This document shows positions 26,694 through 35,836 of a DNA stretch of 64,000 nt, piece after piece. Within the stretch, counting starts at the first letter, position 1; every line of letters begins with the position of its first letter. Below the pieces are notes generated by a model. That model searched no databases, was not told the DNA's origin, and saw nothing but the letters and a program-made list of their open reading frames with translations. Location: the NCBI GenBank assembly GCA_949372655.1, contig CASIAI010000003.1:138425-202424 (forward strand). The letters run 5' to 3'. This stretch comes from Candidatus Poseidoniaceae archaeon. GTDB lineage: Archaea; Thermoplasmatota; Poseidoniia; Poseidoniales; Poseidoniaceae. Position numbers and translations under genes: made by a program.

Positions 26694-27182
26694 ATGAAAA
26701 TTAGTGATATTGAAAATCATAATTTAAAAGATAAGTATCCTTGCCGTTTACCGGTTTGGTGGGGTAATATTGGAGATGTAGGTGCTCACCCCAAAGTGAG
26801 GGGGGTCACAGGTAAAAGAGTGGTTTTAAGGATAGAAAAAAGATTTACCCGTATCGAACGCTTAATGGCAAAAGTTCTACGAGCACCGAAAGAAGTTCGT
26901 CGACCGCTAGATAGTATGAATAGCCTGTTGTGGGAGCTTTGTAACGGTAAAAATACTTTTGAGGAGATTTGCAATTATCTTGATGCTACATTCCATGAAG
27001 ATATTGCACCGGTTGTGGAAAGAACTAAGCGCGGTCTTGAACAATTGAAAAGACAGAATTTAGTTGCCTTACTGGATTCCCCATTTGAGAATAAATGGCA
27101 AATAAAACGTGGAATTACTCCAATTAACCAGACTTTAGCACCGCTTGACTCAGCACTAAATATCAATGTCGAAGAAGAGTAA
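26694..27182 (+). CDS. PqqD-family (RRE-like peptide-binding) domain protein
   Basis: The C-terminal part LDSMNSLLWELCNGKNTFEEICNYLDATFHEDIAPVVERTKRGLEQLKRQNLVALLD fits the PqqD pattern (LD..g..iW.lcdG..t..eI...l...). Confidence 0.5.
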   Translation: MKISDIENHNLKDKYPCRLPVWWGNIGDVGAHPKVRGVTGKRVVLRIEKRFTRIERLMAKVLRAPKEVRRPLDSMNSLLWELCNGKNTFEEICNYLDATFHEDIAPVVERTKRGLEQLKRQNLVALLDSPFENKWQIKRGITPINQTLAPLDSALNINVEEE

Positions 27183-27183
27183 A

Positions 27184-27939
27184 CTATGCATCACTAGGTT
27201 CCCAAACCAAACGCATACCAATACCATCACTTTTCCTATTTGGGTCAGATTTATTTCTTGCTGAACTACGAGTTGAATCACTTTCAGTAAACCAACTTCC
27301 ACCGCGGTGAACATATAATTCTTGTAAATCGCTTAGATAAGCATTCTGCGATAATGAATGATTTGAGTAATCTTTAGAGAAATTATCTTGACACCATTCA
27401 GAGACATTTCCATACAAATCCATAATACCCCACGATGTAGGTTTTTTTTGCCCAACTACTTTGGTAGAGGCTCCAGAATTACCTGCGTGCCACCCGTAGT
27501 CTTCTAATTCAGAATCTCTATTACCAAAAAACCATTTTGTTTTGGTTCCTGATCTGGCAACAAATTCCCATTCTGCTTCAGTAGGTAATCGCCAAATCCC
27601 AGTTAATCCTAAGTGGACTTCTTGACTGAGTGTTTCATTTAATTTATCAACAAAAGCGTTCGCATCATGCCACGAAATTCTTTCCACTGGTTGTAACCCT
27701 GCACTCCATCCCTCGGTAAATTTAGAAGGGTTACTACCCATAACTGAACTCCAGTGGACTTGAGTTACTGGTCTTTCACCGATAAAAAAAGGCCTGACTA
27801 TTTTGACTTCTCGTACGGGTTTCTCTCTCTCCAAACCATCGCCGATTAAATCACCCATTTCGAAATCATCTGGTTCAATTAGGATGTAGGTTCCACCAAA
27901 AGAATCAGAAAAGCTCGGCCTACTCATACTTTTAATCAC
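27184..27939 (-). CDS. FGE-sulfatase (SUMF1/EgtB/PvdO) fold protein lacking the FGE catalytic Cys pair
   Basis: It has PVTQVHWSSVMG, RISWHDANAFVDKLN, WRLPTEAEWEFVAR, GNVSEWCQD and HRGGSWF. There is no Cys after RGGSWF, where true FGEs carry two. Confidence 0.75.
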   Translation of the reverse strand: MIKSMSRPSFSDSFGGTYILIEPDDFEMGDLIGDGLEREKPVREVKIVRPFFIGERPVTQVHWSSVMGSNPSKFTEGWSAGLQPVERISWHDANAFVDKLNETLSQEVHLGLTGIWRLPTEAEWEFVARSGTKTKWFFGNRDSELEDYGWHAGNSGASTKVVGQKKPTSWGIMDLYGNVSEWCQDNFSKDYSNHSLSQNAYLSDLQELYVHRGGSWFTESDSTRSSARNKSDPNRKSDGIGMRLVWEPSDA

Positions 27940-27942
27940 CTA

Positions 27943-28473
27943 TCAAGATAATTTTTCTGCTGTTTCAATTACCGACTTGACTAACTTCTCAAGTCTTTCA
28001 TTGATTTCATCATCGACTAATTTACCATCTTCACTAAATGCTTCCTTGACTTTTCCAACTGCTAGTTGCTCGGGTACTGGCCAAGCATGAAGCCATCTAA
28101 GCATAATTCTCATATGATTAAGAGTATTAGAATTATGAACACCACCTAAAGTCGACATCAAACCAACTGGTTTACCAGATATATGTTTTCCATAAAGCCA
28201 ATCAAAAGTATTCTTCATCGCTCCAGACATAGTTCCATGGTATTCTGGAGATGCTACGATAAATGCGTCACAACCGGTAGCTAATTCTTGAAACCTCTTG
28301 ACATTTTCATTTTCCCAACAACCTTCTTCTCCAACAATCGGTAAAGGATCTGTATCCAAATCCCAGAAAACAATCTCAGCACCCATCTCCTTGGCAATAT
28401 CAAGGGCCAGGTTAACTAGCATTCCACATTTTGATGTAGTTCTATACTCTCCACTAAGACCAAGTATCTTCAT
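27943..28473 (-). CDS. NADPH-dependent FMN reductase (flavodoxin-like fold)
   Basis: It has MKILGLSGEYR, DAFIVASPEYHGTMSGAMKNTFDWL and VGLMSTLGG. Confidence 0.8.
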   Translation of the reverse strand: MKILGLSGEYRTTSKCGMLVNLALDIAKEMGAEIVFWDLDTDPLPIVGEEGCWENENVKRFQELATGCDAFIVASPEYHGTMSGAMKNTFDWLYGKHISGKPVGLMSTLGGVHNSNTLNHMRIMLRWLHAWPVPEQLAVGKVKEAFSEDGKLVDDEINERLEKLVKSVIETAEKLS

Positions 28474-28572
28474 ATTCTCACTAATTACACCAAGTCAAAC
28501 AGGTTATTCAATGTAAGTATTTTACTAATCATGTATAAGCAATGCTTAAGCACGGCAGGTGGTGCCTAAAAT

Positions 28573-30744
28573 GTGAAAGACATGTATGACGATGGTGTTG
28601 GCGAAATCGCGGGCGATATAAATGATGTTGATGACATTCAAATTCAAGTTCAATCTCAACTGATGATTGGAGAGGAATGCTCCAAAAATGATGATTCGAA
28701 AGGTGCATTGACAGCATTCAATAAAGCCATTTCATTAGATCCTTCATGTGATATGGCTTGGTTTAATCGTGGAGTATTACTTGAAGCACAACAAGATGCC
28801 AGAGGCGCTAGACAAGCTTTTCAAATTTGTCTTGATGTAAATCCAAATCATGCTCCTGCTACAGCTAATCTTTGTATTCTTCTAGAGAGAATTGGTGACA
28901 AAAGCGGTGCGTATGAAATGTCCACGCGCGCATTAGACTTCTATCCAGGGCATCCTGCAATAGTAGAAGTAAGAGAAAGATGCTCAGGTAGTAAAACATC
29001 TAAGACTATCGAAGAAATGACCCCTGTAGTCACTACAGAATCCTTCAAAAAAGAAGACATGGAAGTTGTAATGATTGAATCTGGTGTCGAAGATCTAAAT
29101 GCTGTTTTAGAAGAGGCAGTATACCATGACTTAGATGATGATAAGAATCTAGACATTAGTGAATTACGTTCCGCAGCTGAAGTAGTTGCAGCAACAGAGA
29201 ATATCCAAGAAAAAATTGAATTGGTGCAACCTTTAACTCAATCAATACCGCAACAAACAGAAATTAGTGCGCCCATTAAAGTTGATTTGGCACCAAAAGC
29301 CGCAGATGTAAACCTAGATTCTCTTGTAGAAGAAGCGACTCAAATGATTCGAAATGGTGACCCTGCATCTGCACTAAAAGCTCTAAAACCATATCTGAAA
29401 ACAGAGGCTGCAAATCATGCACCTTCATGGAGAATTGCAGGAGGTGCAATGGCAAGACTCGATTTAGATGAACATGCTATATCTGCATTAGAGCATGCAC
29501 AGAAATTAGATCCATCGGATGCGAAAGGTTGGTTCAATCTAGGTTCTGTAAAGCAAAGGGTAGGATACTTAGAAGATGCAGGTATGTGTTATGCTAATGC
29601 TCTTAGAGAAGACCCGAATTACATCAAACCTGCCATTAAATGGAGTGAAACTTCTAGAGAAATTAATGATATTGAAGGGTATCTTACAGCAGCCACAGTA
29701 GTTACAAATCTAGAGCCTGAGAACCCAATCAAAATGGAATTAATAATTACTTTAATCGAACTAGCAGAAGGTGAATCCGAGGTATTAGAATTAGCCAGTG
29801 GATTACCCCCCACGTTACCTGCAGGACCTGAATTAGCATCCAATGCACTTACATTACTAGGTGAAGGGCAAACTGAACTCCATGCTAGAGCAAATTCAGC
29901 AATGAATAACCATGTTGAATCTGTAACTATCTGGAAAGCATTGATTCAAACTCAAAAAACAAATCCTATTCTTTGGCGTGGACTCTCAAAGTCACTTAGG
30001 GCAGCAGGAGATATTGACACATCGGAAAGATGTAGGGTTAAAGCAGATTCACTAGAGCAAGTAAGTTCAGTTGTAGAAACTCAACCAGTAGTTGAAGCAA
30101 CAACTGTAATGCAAGTTGAAACTAATCAAAATCAATTGGTACCAGAAACTTCTAACGCTGAGGAACAGAATTCAGCAAATCAATTATTGTTGACACCTGT
30201 AGAACAAAATACCAATATTAAAGCAGAACCTATAGTCAATCCTCAAGTAGATTTAGCAAAGGCGGCATTAGACGTACAACAAAACTCTCTGGTCTCTGAA
30301 CAATTTAAGAATCCTGTATCCAATTCTATTGCTAATCAAGATGTGTCATGGTATAACCAAGGAGTAGCTCTGATTGAGTCTGGTAAATATAGTGAAGCAT
30401 TGTCATGTTTCGATAGAGCATTACCATCTTTTGCGAATGATGATGAAATGGTAATTAGAATATTGAACGGTAGAGGAAATGCCTTTTATTATCTCGAAAA
30501 TTATCCTGCTTGCGTTGAATCATATCACCAAGCCATGCTGATTAGACCTGAAGATGTAAGAGGTAAAACACTGTACAATATGGGAACTGCATACGCTGAG
30601 ATGGAGAGATATCAAGATTCGATAAAATGCTTTGAGCAAGCCATACCAAGAGGCCTTACTAAAGAAGAAGTTAAGAGAACAAAAGATCAAATCCGTAGAT
30701 GCAATATTCTGCTTAAAGAGCAAATTAAGAAACAAAAGAATTGA
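28573..30744 (+). CDS. TPR-repeat protein (723 aa)
   Basis: It contains multiple A..F.kAl.ldP....awfN.G-type repeats, for example AFNKAISLDPSCDMAWFNRG, QKLDPSDAKGWFNLG and ANALREDPNY. Confidence 0.8.
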   Translation: MKDMYDDGVGEIAGDINDVDDIQIQVQSQLMIGEECSKNDDSKGALTAFNKAISLDPSCDMAWFNRGVLLEAQQDARGARQAFQICLDVNPNHAPATANLCILLERIGDKSGAYEMSTRALDFYPGHPAIVEVRERCSGSKTSKTIEEMTPVVTTESFKKEDMEVVMIESGVEDLNAVLEEAVYHDLDDDKNLDISELRSAAEVVAATENIQEKIELVQPLTQSIPQQTEISAPIKVDLAPKAADVNLDSLVEEATQMIRNGDPASALKALKPYLKTEAANHAPSWRIAGGAMARLDLDEHAISALEHAQKLDPSDAKGWFNLGSVKQRVGYLEDAGMCYANALREDPNYIKPAIKWSETSREINDIEGYLTAATVVTNLEPENPIKMELIITLIELAEGESEVLELASGLPPTLPAGPELASNALTLLGEGQTELHARANSAMNNHVESVTIWKALIQTQKTNPILWRGLSKSLRAAGDIDTSERCRVKADSLEQVSSVVETQPVVEATTVMQVETNQNQLVPETSNAEEQNSANQLLLTPVEQNTNIKAEPIVNPQVDLAKAALDVQQNSLVSEQFKNPVSNSIANQDVSWYNQGVALIESGKYSEALSCFDRALPSFANDDEMVIRILNGRGNAFYYLENYPACVESYHQAMLIRPEDVRGKTLYNMGTAYAEMERYQDSIKCFEQAIPRGLTKEEVKRTKDQIRRCNILLKEQIKKQKN

Positions 30745-30753
30745 GGCGGTAAA

Positions 30754-32109
30754 ATGGAAAGTTCTAATGAACAGGTGATTGAAAAATTCATCGAATCTGG
30801 CTTGGATGAAAAACAAGCTAGACTGATAATTGACCTAGCATGTCACGCACCTTCAAAGGCTAGCGAGATTGGTAAAAGAATAGGAATATCTCGAATGGAT
30901 GCTTATAATTCTCTTAGAAAATTACAGGAACAAGGCCTAGTTAAGGCCACATTGGATAAACCAATTCGATTTTTCGGAATGAGAATTGAAGAGGTGTTTC
31001 AACAAATAATTAGAATAAAGGAAATGGATTTGCGTAGAATACAACACAATCTAGAAAACTTAAGTTCTAATTCTGAAATTGCTATAATGTCAGTCGACCA
31101 AACATCTGATGAAGATACTTTCTCAGTTCTAAAAGATCGACATACCATTATGGCTACAATTGAATCGGTAGTAGTAGAGTCTGAGGATCAAGTCTGGCTA
31201 TTACTCGGACGTTGGGGGATATTGCATTTATTGCGCTCTGGTGTCAAAAAGGCAATAGATGATGCTATTAATAGGGGAGTTGAAATCAAAGTAGTTGCTT
31301 CGATCGATAAAAAAACGATTCGATTTTTTGATTCCCTAGATGAAAAGATTGAGATACGCCATCATGAAGATTTTAATCTAAACGGTGTATTTGTTGATGA
31401 AGAAGTAGGAATTCAGTTTGTCCATACAGAAGATTCACCTACAGGCCGTGGTAAAGATGACACTGCAATTCTAATTGAATCAGGAATGCTACTAACTGCT
31501 CAAAGTGAATTGCTAAAAATACAGTGGAAGGCTGCAAAGTCTTATCTTTCAATACGAAGTAAGATATTGGATGGTGTCATGACAGAACCGCTGCGTTTAT
31601 CACTAGGTGAGGGTTCATTTTACCAGCATTTTAGAAATTCTTTAATCGAAGGTATGGCTAGTAAATCTGCAAGTAATACTACGCTCAGTAAGAATGGTTC
31701 CGAAATTAAATTTGGTAATGAAATGGAGAATGAATCATTATCTGCCCTTGGTATAGATTCTGCAATTCTTTTCGAACACATTGGAACCCGAATAGGTCAA
31801 GAATTGGCCGTAAAGTTACAGCATATTAGCGAAGATAAAATATTCTGGGATACTATTACTGCAGAGTGGAAAGAAATGGGCATGGGTTCAATAGAAATAG
31901 ATCAGTTACCACCAACTAAAGTTATTGTAAAAGATGGCTCAGCTTGTGGTGGAAATCCAAAATCTTCCAAGTTCTTTTGTAACCTAGAAGAGAGTGTACT
32001 AAGCGGTGTTTTACTAGAGCGACATGGTCGTAAAGTAACTACTAGCAAGCGTGAATGTATGGATACTAAGAATTGCTCTTGTTTCTATGAAATTATTTGT
32101 GAAGAATAA
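30754..32109 (+). CDS. TrmB-family transcriptional regulator with a C-terminal V4R-like Cys-containing domain
   Basis: The N-terminal wHTH is LDEKQARLIIDLACHAPSKASEIGKRIGISRMDAYNSLRKLQEQGLV. The C-terminus GSACGGNP...FFCNLEESVLSGVL...ECMDTKNCSCFYEI resembles V4R. Confidence 0.65.
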   Translation: MESSNEQVIEKFIESGLDEKQARLIIDLACHAPSKASEIGKRIGISRMDAYNSLRKLQEQGLVKATLDKPIRFFGMRIEEVFQQIIRIKEMDLRRIQHNLENLSSNSEIAIMSVDQTSDEDTFSVLKDRHTIMATIESVVVESEDQVWLLLGRWGILHLLRSGVKKAIDDAINRGVEIKVVASIDKKTIRFFDSLDEKIEIRHHEDFNLNGVFVDEEVGIQFVHTEDSPTGRGKDDTAILIESGMLLTAQSELLKIQWKAAKSYLSIRSKILDGVMTEPLRLSLGEGSFYQHFRNSLIEGMASKSASNTTLSKNGSEIKFGNEMENESLSALGIDSAILFEHIGTRIGQELAVKLQHISEDKIFWDTITAEWKEMGMGSIEIDQLPPTKVIVKDGSACGGNPKSSKFFCNLEESVLSGVLLERHGRKVTTSKRECMDTKNCSCFYEIICEE

Positions 32110-32165
32110 GAAAAAAAAGTCAAAATCAAGCACAGGTTCTTAGGTGAGAACCCAGTAGCGCATAC

Positions 32166-32546
32166 ATGGATTGTGGAACCTGCGAGACTAGTGCACCCTT
32201 GGAAATGCATAAACCGGAAGTTGTGGATGTCGACTTGTCAATATCTGATAATGCAGTCAAGATGTTAGGAGATGCATTTGGTGATGACCGCTCAATGGCT
32301 TTACTAGTTGGAGTTCTATCCGGTGGATGTTCTGGTTACATGTATGACTTGCAAATTGTTGAATCAACAGAAGTTGACTGTCAAGAAGTTAATGTTGGAG
32401 GTTTTAGAGTTCTTGTTCCTAATTCTTCAAGCCATCTATTAAATGGAATACAGATCGACTATGAAGACAGATTAATGGGCGGTGGATTTAAAATTATTAA
32501 TCCAAATGCTGAATCTTCATGTGGTTGTGGAGAATCTTTCTCCTGA
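32166..32546 (+). CDS. iscA: Fe-S cluster assembly scaffold/carrier, IscA/HesB family
   Basis: It has GGCSGYMYDL and a C-terminal SSCGCGESFS. An N-terminal extension carries CGTC. Confidence 0.85.
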   Translation: MDCGTCETSAPLEMHKPEVVDVDLSISDNAVKMLGDAFGDDRSMALLVGVLSGGCSGYMYDLQIVESTEVDCQEVNVGGFRVLVPNSSSHLLNGIQIDYEDRLMGGGFKIINPNAESSCGCGESFS

Positions 32547-32555
32547 GGTTTTATT

Positions 32556-33260
32556 ATGCCCAAGGTGGCATTTAGTGACTCGTACGTCACAATTTGGAGA
32601 GGAACCGACTGCCGATTATTTCTAGATGGATTGAGTTCTAATCAAGTATTAAATTTAGAAAAAAATCATGTGGTCCAAACTGCAATATTGAACAATAATG
32701 CTAAGATTATTGATTTGGTTACAATTCTTAATTTTGGGGACTTTTTAGCAATCATTGGTTATTTGCCTAACTTTCAATCGATGTTAGATTTTGTGACACC
32801 ACGAATATTACAGAGTGAAGTTAGTATATCGAATATATCTAATTTGAATGATGTTGTTATATTATACGATCAAAATAATGATAGCGGGATAGGTACTATT
32901 GAAACAAAAGGTGATGTGACTTATGCCAAGGTTAGTGGTAATATGACATATTGCATTGCAGCTAAAAAAGTGACCCTAGAGAGTGAACCCATGGATGAAA
33001 CATTTCATGAATGGAGAATCTCGAACTTAGTCCCATGGCATGGTTATGAAATAAATTCTAACCAGATTCCATACAAATGTGGTGTTAACGAATTGGTTCA
33101 TGAATCTAAAGGTTGTTTTACTGGTCAAGAGATATTGACTAGAATGCGTACAAGAAATAAGGGCATAAAAGTTCTAAAGTCGATAGATAATTTAGAAATA
33201 AATTCACACAAAGTCACAACAAGGGGCCTGAAGAATTCTTTGATAATTGATAATCAATAA
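32556..33260 (+). CDS. ygfZ: YgfZ/GcvT-like folate-binding protein
   Basis: The KGCFTGQEILTRMRTRNKG motif is characteristic of the YgfZ/CAF17 family. The gene is adjacent to iscA. Confidence 0.6.
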   Translation: MPKVAFSDSYVTIWRGTDCRLFLDGLSSNQVLNLEKNHVVQTAILNNNAKIIDLVTILNFGDFLAIIGYLPNFQSMLDFVTPRILQSEVSISNISNLNDVVILYDQNNDSGIGTIETKGDVTYAKVSGNMTYCIAAKKVTLESEPMDETFHEWRISNLVPWHGYEINSNQIPYKCGVNELVHESKGCFTGQEILTRMRTRNKGIKVLKSIDNLEINSHKVTTRGLKNSLIIDNQ

Positions 33261-34192
33261 CCAAGAAGTTCTGATAATTGTGATTTGTAGAAGTTTCCAG
33301 ACTGTTGGAGGCTAGATAATTCTGCTTCTGACAAGTCTAATTCTATTATTCTCTCAATACCACCAGCACCTAAAATCACTGGCACACCTATGTAAACATC
33401 ACTCAAACCGTATTGGCCGGTCAGGTGAGCAGAAGCAGGAATCATTCGCTTTCTGTCGTTCAACACTGCTTCAGCCATTATGGCAGCAGCAGAACCAGGT
33501 GCGTAGAATGCTGAACCTCTTTCGAGTAATTTTACAATCTCTCCACCGCCTGAAGCAGTTCTCTTACAAATCGCATCAATGGTTTCTTCATCTAGTAGAT
33601 GAGTAATCGATATACCACCAACAGTAGTGAATCTAGGCAATGGAACCATTGTATCACCATGACCTCCAAGAACCATGGCATGGACATCTTCTTCCGAACA
33701 ACCGATGGCCTTTGCCACGAAATGAGTCATCCTAGCACTATCTAAAACTCCTGCTTGTCCACAAACTCGGTTTGCAGGGAATCCTGTTACTTTTTGCATA
33801 TGATAAGTCATCAAGTCAAGTGGATTTGTAACCATGATAATTGTCGAATCAGGCGCATGTTCTCGAATGCCCTCTCCTACTTGCTTTACAATATCTGCAT
33901 TCTTGGCGATTAAGTCCTCACGAGTCATACCCGGTTGGCGAGGGAAGCCAGAGGTTACAACAACGACTTCAGCTCCTGATATATCTGAATAATCCGAAGT
34001 TCCGGTAAGATTTCCATCATAGTTCAGTACTTGCCCATTTTGGGACATATCTAGTGCTTTACCTTTAGCGAAGCCTTCGAATATGTCTAATAATACAATA
34101 TCTCCTAACTTCTTTTGGGCTAATACAAATGCACAAGTTGCACCAACATTACCCGCTCCTATAACTGCAATTTTTCTTCTTGAACCGCTCAT
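33254..34192 (-). CDS. mdh: malate dehydrogenase (LDH-like MDH)
   Basis: It has KIAVIGAGNVGATCAF, GFPRQPGMTREDL (Arg at the substrate-specificity position) and LGGHGDTMVPL. Confidence 0.9.
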   Translation of the reverse strand: MSGSRRKIAVIGAGNVGATCAFVLAQKKLGDIVLLDIFEGFAKGKALDMSQNGQVLNYDGNLTGTSDYSDISGAEVVVVTSGFPRQPGMTREDLIAKNADIVKQVGEGIREHAPDSTIIMVTNPLDLMTYHMQKVTGFPANRVCGQAGVLDSARMTHFVAKAIGCSEEDVHAMVLGGHGDTMVPLPRFTTVGGISITHLLDEETIDAICKRTASGGGEIVKLLERGSAFYAPGSAAAIMAEAVLNDRKRMIPASAHLTGQYGLSDVYIGVPVILGAGGIERIIELDLSEAELSSLQQSGNFYKSQLSELLGY

Positions 34193-34363
34193 AAATAACC
34201 CTCGTTATTACGGCCGTATAGATGGCCGTCCATAAGTAACATGGTCAATAAAATTCATTTTTTCATATGTCAAAAAATGGTTAACAAGCGTCTTATCTAA
34301 AAACCCCCTCATATTGGGGTTAAACAAGCCACGATATTTTGCGGCTTTGGAAGGTGAAAATCT

Positions 34364-35527
34364 ATGCGAATTGGTGTCCCAAAGGAACCTGAAAATGAAT
34401 CGAGAGTTGCGATTGTTCCAGGTAGTATGAAAAAATTGATCAAAGCCGGATTTGAAGTGTTTATTGAGAAAGGCGCGGGGATTAATGCTAATTACTCAGA
34501 TTCACAATATGAAGATCTTGGAGCGAAGGTTGTTTCACGAAATGAAGTATTAGAATGTGAGAACATAATATGCATAAATTTCCCTGGACTTGATGGAATT
34601 AAAAGTGGTACTAATCTGACTTGTGTTTCTGACCCATTTAGAAATCCACAAAGTGTTAAAGCCTGTATGGAGGCTAATATTACTCTAATGTCGATGGATA
34701 TGATTCCACGAAGATTGTCTAGAGCACAATCTATGGACGTTAACTCAAGCCAAGATAATCTTGCTGGATATAAGGCAGTTCTACTCGGCGCTGCAAATGT
34801 ACCTAGAGGCATTCCCATGATGACAACATCTGCAGGTACAGTAAGACCTGCTAAGGTTGTTGTAATGGGTAGTGGGGTTGCAGGATTACAGGCCATCGCA
34901 ACTGCAAAAAGACTTGGAGCTGTTGTTTATGCTTCTGATGTTAGAAAGTCTGCTGCAGAACAGATTGAATCTGTTGGTGGTAGATTTATTGAAGTCGATG
35001 GAATGGATGATTTTGAAGATGAGTCGGGATATGCAAAACCGCTGACTCCAGAATTTATTCAAAAGGTAAATGATACTGTGTGTGGAGTTGCAAAAGACGC
35101 AGATATAATTGTCACAACAGCAAGAATATTTGGTAGACCTGCACCAATTACCGTACCTAGTAGCGCAGTAGACCAATTCAAATCAGGGGCAGTAGTTGTA
35201 GATATGAATGCTGATGTTGGTGGAAACTGTGAAAATACCATAGCAGGGGAAATTATAACAACAGAAAATGGAGTTATAATTGTCGGAACATCCAACTTAC
35301 CAGGTACATTGGCAAATACTGCGAGTATGCTTTACTCAAATAATTTGACTACATTCATTACTTCTCTTGTCGATGAAGGTAAAGTTGTGATATCAGAAGA
35401 TGATGACATACTTGTAGGAGCGCCGGAAGGTTCTGATTTCTACGTTGGTGGTATGGGCGGAGTATTAATCTGCCAAGAAGGGAAAATTCATCATAAGCAA
35501 ACAAGACTATCAGGGGTGGTAGAATGA
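34364..35527 (+). CDS. pntAA: NAD(P) transhydrogenase subunit alpha, part 1
   Basis: It has MRIGVPKEPENESRVAIVP and VVVMGSGVAGLQAIATAKRLGA (Rossmann fold). Gene order is pntAA-AB-B. Confidence 0.9.
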   Translation: MRIGVPKEPENESRVAIVPGSMKKLIKAGFEVFIEKGAGINANYSDSQYEDLGAKVVSRNEVLECENIICINFPGLDGIKSGTNLTCVSDPFRNPQSVKACMEANITLMSMDMIPRRLSRAQSMDVNSSQDNLAGYKAVLLGAANVPRGIPMMTTSAGTVRPAKVVVMGSGVAGLQAIATAKRLGAVVYASDVRKSAAEQIESVGGRFIEVDGMDDFEDESGYAKPLTPEFIQKVNDTVCGVAKDADIIVTTARIFGRPAPITVPSSAVDQFKSGAVVVDMNADVGGNCENTIAGEIITTENGVIIVGTSNLPGTLANTASMLYSNNLTTFITSLVDEGKVVISEDDDILVGAPEGSDFYVGGMGGVLICQEGKIHHKQTRLSGVVE

Positions 35528-35835
35528 CACCAGAATTATTAATTGGAAGTTTAACATTATTTGTATTATCTATATTCTTAGGGTTCGAACTGATTACCAA
35601 AGTACCTGCAACATTACACACTCCACTTATGAGTGGTGCTAACGCAATATCTGGAATCAGTATTGTTGGTGCTTTAATTGGTTCAAATGTTGCTTATGAT
35701 GCAGGAGATACTGCCTTTTCGGGTGTTCTAGCGTTTATTGCAGTTGTTTTGGCTATGATAAATGTTGTTGGTGGATTTACTGTCACAAATAAAATGTTGA
35801 ATATGATTGCAGGAAGAAAGAGAGGAGGTGCTTGA
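35524..35835 (+). CDS. pntAB: NAD(P) transhydrogenase subunit alpha, part 2 (membrane)
   Basis: It has three TM helices and the motif HTPLMSGANAISGI. An ATGA overlap links it to pntAA. Confidence 0.85.
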   Translation: MTPELLIGSLTLFVLSIFLGFELITKVPATLHTPLMSGANAISGISIVGALIGSNVAYDAGDTAFSGVLAFIAVVLAMINVVGGFTVTNKMLNMIAGRKRGGA

Positions 35836-35836
35836 G

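Noticed and set aside
32135-32152. The hairpin GGTTCT-TAGGTG-AGAACC lies between the TrmB-like gene and iscA.
   Set aside because: It is a short stem with no following T-run. It could be a weak terminator or operator, but the evidence is insufficient to annotate it.
34205-34330. Two short hairpins (ACGGCC-N8-GGCCGT and AACCCC-N8-GGGGTT) lie in the mdh/pntAA divergent intergenic region.
   Set aside because: Isolated 6-bp stems are expected by chance, and there is no conservation or riboswitch-like architecture that I can recognise.
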